Below the pieces are notes generated by a model. It had not been told where the DNA came from. It made no database searches and saw only the letters and a program-made list of their open reading frames with translations. Source: a virus (taxonomy: Duplodnaviria > Heunggongvirae > Uroviricota > Caudoviricetes). From it: a stretch of 8,638 bases of DNA. A program made the position numbers and the translations under genes. The stretch is taken from the IMG/VR virus record IMGVR_UViG_2724679542_000011. One strand, written 5' to 3'. Shown piece after piece: positions 1 through 6,789 of the stretch (position 1 is its first letter; each line of letters starts with the position of its first letter).

Positions 1-11
1 ACCATCATACA

Positions 12-452
12 CTAAATCAGTAAGTTGGCAGCATTACCAGAAATTTCATGTTTTAACTCATCATTATCTATAATATTTTTATGTGCATTCTCAATATATT
101 TAGATATTGACAACTTCAAAGGAGACTGTTCGTTAATGAAAGTTTTCTCCTGTTCTTTTTCACTTAATGCTAATTGTCCTTCTTCAGTATCCCACCATTT
201 CTCAGCATATGCAGACACCAATAATTGTGCATATTCGGGTAAGTCACCATTAGATTTTGTTTTTAATTTTATATGATTTTCCCCAATTGCCTCAGCAAAA
301 TGCTTCAAAAGGTCTTGCCAACATGGCACACCAAGATAACGACGAGACACACCGGAGCCGACAAATAACACTGGGGATGCTTCGAACTGCTTAAAATGCT
401 CTTCGAGTTTTTTCTTAAAATTCATACGGATACTATCTTTAAAAGAAATCAA
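12..452 (-). CDS. SIR2-like (ThsA-type) NAD-binding domain protein, N-terminal 146 codons only; gene continues past the window's left edge. Start is either TTG at 450-452 or ATG at 423-425.
   Basis: Seen: translation contains PVLFVGSGVSRRYLGVPCWQDLL...AEAIG, fitting the hF-x-G-x-G-x-S-(x3)-G-x-P-x-W-x-x-LL pattern found at the N-terminus of SIR2_2-type defence proteins (compare ThsA AIFAGAGLSMSVGYVSWAKLL..IAEEIG, recalled from memory). Open frame reaches the window edge with no stop. AT-rich and lysine-rich codon usage unlike the rest of the window. No clear Shine-Dalgarno for either start. Confidence 0.5.
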   Translation of the reverse strand: MISFKDSIRMNFKKKLEEHFKQFEASPVLFVGSGVSRRYLGVPCWQDLLKHFAEAIGENHIKLKTKSNGDLPEYAQLLVSAYAEKWWDTEEGQLALSEKEQEKTFINEQSPLKLSISKYIENAHKNIIDNDELKHEISGNAANLLI

Positions 453-526
453 GCCCCTTTATACTGATTACATTAAGATATTGCGGCTTACACCACCAGT
501 AAATTGGTCAATTTTACGTAAGAAAT

Positions 527-570
527 TTAATTATTTAGATTCAATTAATTATTAGATTAACTAATTGACT
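527..570. repeat. Tandem AT-rich direct repeats (TTAATTATTTAGATT / TTAATTATTAGATT / partial third) about 75-145 bp upstream of the cargo gene start
   Basis: Seen directly in sequence. Function (operator or promoter UP-like element) is inference. Confidence 0.4.
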
Positions 571-815
571 ATCACTCCTGATGTAGCCGAATTGCTGTAC
601 CTTTGTTACGATGTAGGGCTCAATCAAGGGTCCACTCCCCTTTTATAAGTAATCATGACTTTAAATTTAGGCTTAGGTGGAGCATTACTGCCGATTAGGT
701 TCAATAAAAAGGCTTACCTTAGTGAAAACTCGGCTATTTGGCACTGCTGACCAATTCCTCGTTTGAATAAGTCAGCAGCTTTCAATTTAGAGGCGAATGT
801 GCGCTTTTAGATAAC

Positions 816-2084
816 TCACTCGCCATTACCCCGATTGATCTTCGCATAGTCAAACGGCGTAATCCCCTTCTCCCGGTTCGCATCCAGAAAATCAGCCCAC
901 CACTGCAACATCAGCTTGCGCTCATCCAGATGTTCCGCTTTATGGATATACGCCGCCCTCACCGAATTGCGTTCCATATGGCTCATCTGCCTTTCCACCG
1001 CATCCTTCGACCATAACCCTGACTCAATCAATGAGCTACAGGCCATAGTGCGGAAGCCGTGGCCGCAAACCTCAACCTTGGTGTCATAGCCCATCACCCG
1101 CAATGCACTGTTCACCGTGTTTTCACTCATGGGCTTACTCGGATCGTGATCGCCAATAAAAATCAGCTCATGTTCGCCACAGAACTGTTTTATCTGCTTC
1201 AGGATCGCTAGCGCCTGCTTTGAAAGCGGCACCAGATGAGGTGTACGCATCTTTGCTCCTCGCTGAGAATGTTTCACACCGGGAATAGGTTCTCGCTCAG
1301 GCGGGATGGTCCACATTGACGTTTCAAAATCGATTTCTGACCAGCGAGCAAAACGCAGCTCACTGGATCGAATAAAAATAAGCAGGGTAAGTTCGGTTGC
1401 CCAGCGGGTTAGTAGCCTGCCGGTGTATTCATCGATTTTCTGGAGTAATTCCGGGATACGCTTTAACTCCAGCGCCGGACGATGCTGTCGATTACTGGAA
1501 GCTACCGCCCCCGCCATCTCTTGCGCCGGATTGTAATCAATTAACCCGCTTTGCACTGCATAACGCATGATGGCCGTGGTGCGCTGTTGAAGGCGGGAAG
1601 CCACTTCAAGACGTCCGGATTTCTCCACGGCTTTAATAGGAATTAACAGATCGCGGGTGCCCAGTTCAGCAATATTGTGGGAACCAATTGCCGGGAAGAT
1701 ATTGTCCTCCAGGCTCTTTTTTACACGATTAGCATGCTCTTCCGACCATTTTTGGTTGGTTACGAGCCACTCTCTGGCAACCTTCTCGAAAGTAATAATC
1801 TCTTTCGCCTGCTCTTCTTTCACAGCACGCTTATGCTCACGAGGATCGATACCAGCAGCTACCAGCTTTCTGGCCTCTTCCCTTTTCTTCCGCGCATCCG
1901 CCAGCGAAACATCCGGGTAAACGCCGAACGCCATCAAATGTTGTTTACCGCCAAAACGGAAACGAAATCGCCAATACTTTGAACCGCCAGGTTTTACAAG
2001 TAAGGACATGCCGTCGCCGTCAACAAGTGAATACTCTTTCTCCTCAGGTTTCGCAGAGCGAACTTTAGTATCCGTTAGGGCCAT
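816..2084 (-). CDS. int: P4-type tyrosine recombinase/integrase (422 aa from ATG at 2082-2084)
   Basis: Seen: N-terminal arm-binding-like region (KYWRFRFRFGGKQHLMAFGVYP), C-terminal catalytic motifs HGFRT and RAAYIH (His-x-x-Arg and catalytic Tyr). The ORF track begins at an upstream GTG (2162), but the conserved N-terminus MALTDTKVRSAKP starts at the ATG 26 codons in. Confidence 0.9.
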   Translation of the reverse strand: MALTDTKVRSAKPEEKEYSLVDGDGMSLLVKPGGSKYWRFRFRFGGKQHLMAFGVYPDVSLADARKKREEARKLVAAGIDPREHKRAVKEEQAKEIITFEKVAREWLVTNQKWSEEHANRVKKSLEDNIFPAIGSHNIAELGTRDLLIPIKAVEKSGRLEVASRLQQRTTAIMRYAVQSGLIDYNPAQEMAGAVASSNRQHRPALELKRIPELLQKIDEYTGRLLTRWATELTLLIFIRSSELRFARWSEIDFETSMWTIPPEREPIPGVKHSQRGAKMRTPHLVPLSKQALAILKQIKQFCGEHELIFIGDHDPSKPMSENTVNSALRVMGYDTKVEVCGHGFRTMACSSLIESGLWSKDAVERQMSHMERNSVRAAYIHKAEHLDERKLMLQWWADFLDANREKGITPFDYAKINRGNGE

Positions 2085-2247
2085 AATGGTCTTCCTTCCA
2101 TTGGTATCTCGTGAGTATACAAGCAATATCGAATCGGCAAATATACTCATTAGTATACTCACAAGCCTGTTGATGTGGGTTGAGTCAGGTTGACTTCAGT
2201 TGAGGGGAAAAGCTGGAAAAGCCTTGTGTAGCGCGGATTTCAGGCAT

Positions 2248-2270
2248 AAAAAAAGACCTCAGTTGAGGTC
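2248..2270 (-). terminator. Intrinsic terminator (minus strand): 6-bp stem GACCTC/GAGGTC, 4-nt loop, followed by a run of 7 U
   Basis: Seen: plus-strand AAAAAAAGACCTCAGTTGAGGTC; on the minus strand it reads hairpin then TTTTTTT. It lies about 14 nt downstream of the tRNA-like att core in the same orientation. Confidence 0.5.
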
Positions 2271-2282
2271 TATTTACATACT

Positions 2283-2306
2283 TTTGGTGCGAAGGCCGGA
2301 CTCAAA
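2283..2306 (-). other. attP core: about 20 nt identical or near-identical to the 3' end of a tRNA-Leu gene (T-arm 3' half, acceptor 3' strand, CCA)
   Basis: Seen: minus strand reads TTTGAGTCCGGCCTTCGCACCAAA. Established knowledge (from memory): the E. coli leuX 3' end is ...GGTTCGAGTCCGGCCTTCGGCACCA and P4 integrates there via a short core. No complete tRNA is present, since the upstream sequence is AT-rich and non-tRNA-like. Confidence 0.6.
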
Positions 2307-2449
2307 TATCAAAATAAGTTAATGATAAAAAACAAATAATAAAACACAACAATGAAATATGCCCCCTTTTGTGCCCCCACTGTTTTTCTGACCAATCTAT
2401 TTTCAGCCCATCAATAAATCGGAAAGTTAAATAATTTTTAATCAGTAAG

Positions 2450-2475
2450 TTTGGATCCGTAGCCCGGATCCAAAC
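2450..2475. repeat. Near-perfect 10-bp inverted repeat TTTGGATCCG ... CGGATCCAAA with a 5-nt spacer, between attP and crr
   Basis: Seen directly. Function unknown. Confidence 0.4.
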
Positions 2476-2519
2476 CAGTGCATCTTTTATCCACATAAAA
2501 AATTTTTTTTCGAAAGAAC

Positions 2520-2611
2520 TGTTCACACTGTTCACCTTTCATTTTTCTCTTTTAATTTCAGTGTGATAACGGGTGAATATACGGTGAAGGGTGAACAGTG
2601 GATTGTTCACC
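2520..2611. repeat. crr-like iteron cluster: at least 6 copies of the octamer TGTTCACC (or its complement GGTGAACA, some 6-7 of 8 matches) in both orientations
   Basis: Seen: TGTTCACA 2520-2527, TGTTCACC 2529-2536, GGTGAATA 2572-2579, GGTGAAGG 2583-2590, GGTGAACA 2590-2597, TGTTCACC 2604-2611. Established knowledge: P4 alpha binds type-I iterons TGTTCACC at ori and crr. Confidence 0.7.
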
Positions 2612-2629
2612 TTCGGGGGAGGTCGGGAT

Positions 2630-2654
2630 AAAAAAAGACCGGCAGATGCCGGTC
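2630..2654 (-). terminator. Intrinsic terminator of the alpha/left operon (minus strand): 7-bp stem GACCGGC/GCCGGTC, 4-nt loop, run of 7 U
   Basis: Seen: plus strand AAAAAAAGACCGGCAGATGCCGGTC beginning 8 nt after the alpha stop (2662-2664). Confidence 0.55.
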
Positions 2655-2661
2655 AGGTGGG

Positions 2662-4995
2662 TCAGGTTGTTGCAGGGTCGTCACATTTTGGCAGCCAGTC
2701 GCCGTAGCTTTCCTCTTTCAGTGTCAGGTTGGTCTGTATCCCCTGTTTGGTATGGCGCTTCTCGTAATTCAGTCCGTATTCCTTCAGCATCACCGGCAGC
2801 CCCAGCCCGAACATTTTCAGACTGAGTACATTCCGGTAGCCGTTTGCCTCCATGTAGGCCAGATAGGCGTGATAGAGGTATTTACGGTAATTACGCGGGA
2901 TGATACTGGCGTTCCCCATATACATGCCGCTGGTCTGCGGCAGGGTTTCCAGATAGCCGATAAAATCAAACGTCGGGTCGGCATCCCGTTTGATGTTCAG
3001 CGCCTCGTCTGAGTTCTGCTGGGACTGAAGCAGTGACCGGGCGAGCATCGGGTCGCTGAACTTCTGCATCAGGTGACGCACGATGACCGCCAGCTCGCGG
3101 GTGATTTTGTCCTTAAGCTGCGGGTCGCGCTCCTGCGGGGCTATCTGTTCCGGGAAGTGAATAATCACCCGCCGGCGTGACACGCCGCCGCTGCGGTCGG
3201 TGAAGCGCATCGGGTTATTGTTCACGGCCAGAATCACCGCCGGGATATGCGTGGAGTACGCATCCCGGTATTTCGGGTCCACGGACACCGCATCGCCGCC
3301 GGTGATGGCCTTGAGTCCGGCACCGTCGCCGCTCCATTTTTCCTGGTCCGGCAGGCGTATCAGTGAGAAGCCAGTTAACGCGGCACGTTCACGCGGGGAT
3401 TCCAGCGTCTCAATGGTGGCCGACGTGGCGTTATCCTCCCCGGCCAGCAGGGTGGCGATTTCGGCCATGATACTTTTGCCGCTGCCGCCGGGACCGGTCA
3501 CCTCCAGAAAGAGCTGCCAGTCGTAGCGGTTTGCCAGCACCATAAACAGTGCGGCCAGAATCACGTCGCGTTTTTCCGCACGGCCACCGGCGGCACGGTC
3601 AAGCCAGCGCCAGAACGCGGGGGCGTGGGTTTCCAGCGTTTCCCCTTCCACCGGTGGGGTGAAATCCACATCGCACAGGGTACGCATCCAGTGTGACGGA
3701 CTGTGCGGGTGGAACGTGCCGTTCTGTGTGTCGAGCACACCGTTACGAAAGCCAATCAGGCGGCGGGAGGGGGCTTCCTGCTGCGGAATAATCAGCTTCA
3801 GGGTGTCCACCACGGAGGCCACCTTCCCGGAGGAGAACGGCGCGCGCAGACGCTGAAACAGCCCGGCCACATCCCGGGCAAAGTCCAGTGGCGGCAGCAC
3901 CTTCCAGACACCATTTTCATAGCGGGACAGAAGCTGGCCGTTGGCATCGACCGCGAGCGCCTCGCCGTAATGCTCATAGATACGCATGGCCTTTTCGCTG
4001 GTACTCATGGCGGAAAACTCTGCTTCGCTCATGGTGTCGAACGGGCTTTCAGCCGGTGGCCGGATGGCATCGTAAATGGCCTTACGGGTGACCTCCCCGC
4101 CGTACTGCGTGAAGGCATCATTCCAGTCACCGAAGACCGGCGGCAGGGCAACAACACCTTCACACGCATCTGCGGCTGCGGCGGCTTTTTTCTGGCCGTC
4201 ACCGCTGAGGTCACGGTCTGCGGCAAGGACAATCTGACAGGCCGGATGCTTCTGCCGGGCAAGGCTGGCCAGAGAAAGGAGGTTCACGGAAGAAAGCGCC
4301 ACCATCACCGTTTCACCGGTCAGGTGATGTACGGTAAGTGCGGTCGCGTATCCCTCCGCTATCCACAGACGTTTTCCGGCCTGATTCTGTCCTTCAAGGG
4401 TGTGACAGGTGCCCCTGACCTGTCCGCCTTTCAGGGTGCGCTTACGGCCGTCAGCACTGATTAACTGAAGGTTAACCAGTTCGCCGCTGTCGTCATACAG
4501 TGGCACCACAAGGTCACCGGCGCGCCAGCTCACGCCACCGGCTCTGTGTGTGCCGGTCAGCATCCGGCATTCCCGGCCGGGAAAGCCCTTGCGGGTCAGG
4601 TAGGCGTTACCGGTTCCGGGACGGGTTTTTGCCATCAGGGTTTGTGCCAGTGCGGCGGCGTTCTTCCGGGCAGCGTCTGTTTCAGCAACGGCGGCGGCCG
4701 TCACTGCCGGGTCAGCCGGGGGCAGACTGCCGGTCACGGCAGCCACCTTTGCGGCCACGTCGGACGGGGAGACACCAAACACCTTTTCAACCAGTTTCAG
4801 GCCGTCACCGGCACCACACTGATTGCAGTACCAGGTGCCGCGCCCCTCCCTGTCATCAAAACGGAAGCGGTCACTCCCGCCACAGACCGGACAGGGCTGA
4901 TGATGGTTCTTCAGCACCTGAATCCCCAGCGCCGGGAGAATACGCGGCCAGTGGCCGAGCGCATGGCTGACGGTGGCGGTTACGTTCATTTTCAT
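2662..4995 (-). CDS. alpha: Alpha-type bifunctional primase-helicase (777 aa)
   Basis: Seen: N-terminal zinc-binding CPVCGG...YCNQCG, primase/Toprim-like acidic motifs (LAADRDLSGDG), Walker A GPGGSGKS of a D5/SF3-type helicase. AAGGAG Shine-Dalgarno 9 nt upstream of the ATG, overlapping the stop of the upstream gene. Confidence 0.9.
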   Translation of the reverse strand: MKMNVTATVSHALGHWPRILPALGIQVLKNHHQPCPVCGGSDRFRFDDREGRGTWYCNQCGAGDGLKLVEKVFGVSPSDVAAKVAAVTGSLPPADPAVTAAAVAETDAARKNAAALAQTLMAKTRPGTGNAYLTRKGFPGRECRMLTGTHRAGGVSWRAGDLVVPLYDDSGELVNLQLISADGRKRTLKGGQVRGTCHTLEGQNQAGKRLWIAEGYATALTVHHLTGETVMVALSSVNLLSLASLARQKHPACQIVLAADRDLSGDGQKKAAAAADACEGVVALPPVFGDWNDAFTQYGGEVTRKAIYDAIRPPAESPFDTMSEAEFSAMSTSEKAMRIYEHYGEALAVDANGQLLSRYENGVWKVLPPLDFARDVAGLFQRLRAPFSSGKVASVVDTLKLIIPQQEAPSRRLIGFRNGVLDTQNGTFHPHSPSHWMRTLCDVDFTPPVEGETLETHAPAFWRWLDRAAGGRAEKRDVILAALFMVLANRYDWQLFLEVTGPGGSGKSIMAEIATLLAGEDNATSATIETLESPRERAALTGFSLIRLPDQEKWSGDGAGLKAITGGDAVSVDPKYRDAYSTHIPAVILAVNNNPMRFTDRSGGVSRRRVIIHFPEQIAPQERDPQLKDKITRELAVIVRHLMQKFSDPMLARSLLQSQQNSDEALNIKRDADPTFDFIGYLETLPQTSGMYMGNASIIPRNYRKYLYHAYLAYMEANGYRNVLSLKMFGLGLPVMLKEYGLNYEKRHTKQGIQTNLTLKEESYGDWLPKCDDPATT

Positions 4996-5009
4996 GGTGT
5001 TGTTCTCCT

Positions 5010-5330
5010 TCAGTGCAGTACCGGCGCTTTTATGTGACGGGCACAGAGTTCATCCATCACAACCAGCCCGAGAAAGGACAGCGACGGTGCGGCCTTCAGG
5101 GGGCCGGATTCCATTAAATCTTCCAGCAGGGCACAGGCTATCTGACGCCCTTTTTCCTCACCGTGCTGGCGCAGATAAAAGCCTTCCAGCTCAGCGGCGA
5201 TGGCCGCCTCCAGTGACTCAAGGGTGAGATGCGGGTAGCGGTGCTGACGTTCGCACACGGTCAGCCAGGCACAGGCGACAGCACGACGGTAAAGGGCTGC
5301 GCGTAAGACGGGCGGTAAGGGTGTTTTCAT
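5010..5330 (-). CDS. Left-operon small protein, 106 aa (P4 orf106-like by size and position); function unknown
   Basis: Seen: ATG with GGAGG Shine-Dalgarno 7 nt upstream; stop overlaps the alpha Shine-Dalgarno (translational coupling). No family recognised from sequence. Confidence 0.7.
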
Positions 5331-5465
5331 TTGCTTTCCTCCCTGTGACAGATGACTGCATTCCGTGCCGGTTGCATTAACTGATAAGGCATATCTGCGT
5401 CTCCTGAAGACGTGCGTATCCCTGCGCGAATACGCACATTTAATTTTTCGGGTGTCGTTTTTTAA

Positions 5466-5921
5466 TTACAGATAATTGCGGTAACTGTTATCCGGGGTGA
5501 TTTCCGGGTCAGGCTCCGTGCGGGGAATTTCCCGCCATTCCCGCGCTACCGGTGCTGCCCGGCTGACCGGAACAGTGTCCTGCGGGTAAATATCCTGATA
5601 TTTCTCCCGCCATTTCTGTAATTCCGGGTCTCCGGCCATTTCTTTCAGTACCGCATGCCGGTTTACGGGGCTGCGTTTAAACAGGTCAGGACGGTCACAG
5701 GTAAATTCCCGCAGAAAACGCCCCAGCGGGATGTCTGTGGTGCGCCCGTCGGCGAGGATACGCACAAGGATACTGAATTTACGGCGGTACGGGTTCCAGA
5801 CAATGTCCGGGCAGCGGTACGGCATTTCCCACGGAATACCGTCTTCCAGAATGCCGACCACGGCCACATCGGGAAAACCGGCAGAACGGTAAATCTCACC
5901 GGGCTGGGGAAAATCAAACAT
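5466..5921 (-). CDS. Left-operon protein, 151 aa (P4 orf151-like by size and position); function unknown
   Basis: Seen: ATG at 5919-5921 with GGGGAGA Shine-Dalgarno 8 nt upstream; start overlaps the stop of the upstream 95-aa gene (ATGTTTGA). Confidence 0.7.
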   Translation of the reverse strand: MFDFPQPGEIYRSAGFPDVAVVGILEDGIPWEMPYRCPDIVWNPYRRKFSILVRILADGRTTDIPLGRFLREFTCDRPDLFKRSPVNRHAVLKEMAGDPELQKWREKYQDIYPQDTVPVSRAAPVAREWREIPRTEPDPEITPDNSYRNYL

Positions 5922-6201
5922 GCGTCCTGTCTCCCCGGTCTTTCTGCTGGGCGAGAAAATCGCGGCACAGGCCTTTGGCTTTCAGCTCATTCAGCACAAA
6001 ATCAATATCTTCATTCAGGTAGCTGAAAATATGCGGAATGTAGAGCTGATGCAGGCCGGAGAGTTCACGGTGAATCAAATCACCCCCAACAAACTGGGAT
6101 ACGGCGCTGGCGCGGTTGAGCTTATGGTAAGCCTCAATGCTGAGGTGTTCACGGGCGTCATGACGTGCTGAGACGGTCTGAGGGGCTTTTTTATTACGCA
6201 C
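5914..6201 (-). CDS. Left-operon small protein, 95 aa, GTG start (positionally equivalent to P4 epsilon; not verified by sequence)
   Basis: Seen: GTG at 6199-6201 preceded by GGAGG at a 6-nt spacing; the open frame extends upstream, but only this start has a ribosome-binding site. Overlaps the 65-aa gene by 8 nt. Confidence 0.55.
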
Positions 6202-6391
6202 GGGACACCTCCACCACCGGCAGACGGGCAGCAAGGGAGAGCACATAGTCACGGACAAGGGAACGGCGGGCACTGCGTTCATCACCGGCCACGGTGCGAA
6301 GCATACAGATACGGGGATGACGGTCTGCGCGACGGACAGCCGCAAACACAAAGACAAATTCAGGGTGTGAGGGGGTAAGGGTTGTAGCCAT
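6194..6391 (-). CDS. Small protein, 65 aa ([21 protein letters not shown]...); first well-supported translated gene after the leader; Kil/Icd-like by size and position
   Basis: Seen: ATG at 6389-6391 with AGGAGG 8 nt upstream. Established knowledge (from memory): P4 kil encodes a 65-aa product and is the first translated gene of the left operon. Sequence identity to Kil not verified. Confidence 0.55.
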
Positions 6392-6789
6392 GATGGCAGC
6401 CTCCTGTGAATAGCAAATAACGCTATCGCCGGAGTTCTCACGCTCGATGGCGATAGCCCAGACGGGGGTGAGAATACCGGCTTCACAGGATACCGGCCAG
6501 CCCGGAGGCTGCCCCGCCTGAGCTACCATTGACTCTGCGGCATAATGAGCGGACGCGGGCAGGATGCACGGAATGCCATCTGCACGACTGACCACACACC
6601 ACACCATAATCTGGCGCTCTGTGGCATTGATTGCGACACAAAAAAAGACGCGTGGCGCGTCATATGTCGCCTGTGAATTGCTCGGGTTCTCACGCCCGGC
6701 TGCCGATTTTGCGGCAGCGGAAAAACTATATCCGCAAATGCCGGAAAAAGGCAAGCCAGAAAAAGGGAGTTTTTGCAGAGCGGGCATCA
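6392..6789 (-). promoter_or_regulatory. Left-operon leader between vis and the 65-aa gene: GC-rich hairpins, an intrinsic terminator, repeated GCGTGAGAAC segments and a complementary TTCTCACC segment; candidate immunity (cI-like RNA) control region
   Basis: Seen: the structures listed (detailed in findings). Inference: analogy to P4 RNA-based immunity with seqA/seqB/seqC pairing and premature termination. Confidence 0.4.
6640..6661 (-). terminator. Intrinsic terminator inside the leader (minus strand): 6-bp stem GACGCG/CGCGTC, 3-nt loop, run of 7 U
   Basis: Seen: plus strand ACAAAAAAAGACGCGTGGCGCGTC; on the minus strand hairpin then TTTTTTT. Confidence 0.5.

Noticed and set aside
25-276. Plus-strand 83-aa ORF
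   Set aside because: Lies antisense inside the SIR2-like gene; low-complexity, AT-driven translation with no ribosome-binding site.
744-777. Hairpin (8-bp stem CTGCTGAC/GTCAGCAG, 18-nt loop) downstream of the int stop as an int terminator
   Set aside because: No U-run follows on the minus strand and the loop is long; not convincing as an intrinsic terminator, though it may still be a structural element at the core/cargo junction.
2085-2162. N-terminal extension of the integrase ORF (track start at 2162)
   Set aside because: Uses a GTG with no ribosome-binding site; the conserved integrase N-terminus begins at the ATG at 2082-2084; the extension overlaps repeat motifs in the int control region.
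1306-2193. Plus-strand ORFs (76, 87, 101, 61 aa) inside or overlapping int
   Set aside because: Antisense to a well-supported integrase gene; serine/leucine/arginine-rich translations typical of GC-rich antisense frames.
2283-2400. Possible complete tRNA gene at the att site
   Set aside because: Only the last roughly 20 nt resemble a tRNA 3' end; the sequence where the rest of the tRNA would lie is AT-rich with no cloverleaf potential.
2302-2535. Minus-strand 77-aa ORF across the attP/crr spacer
   Set aside because: AT-rich non-coding-looking sequence overlapping the palindrome and iterons; no ribosome-binding site; this region is expected to be cis-acting DNA.
2598-5037. Multiple plus-strand and short minus-strand ORFs within alpha (up to 253 aa)
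   Set aside because: All overlap the 777-aa alpha CDS, which has clear primase and helicase motifs; their translations are Arg/Gly/Pro-rich, as expected for alternative frames of GC-rich coding DNA.
4973-5227. Plus-strand 84-aa ORF
   Set aside because: Antisense to the 106-aa gene, which has a strong Shine-Dalgarno and is coupled to alpha.
5655-6171. Plus- and minus-strand ORFs overlapping the 151-aa and 95-aa genes
   Set aside because: Alternative frames of supported genes; no ribosome-binding sites.
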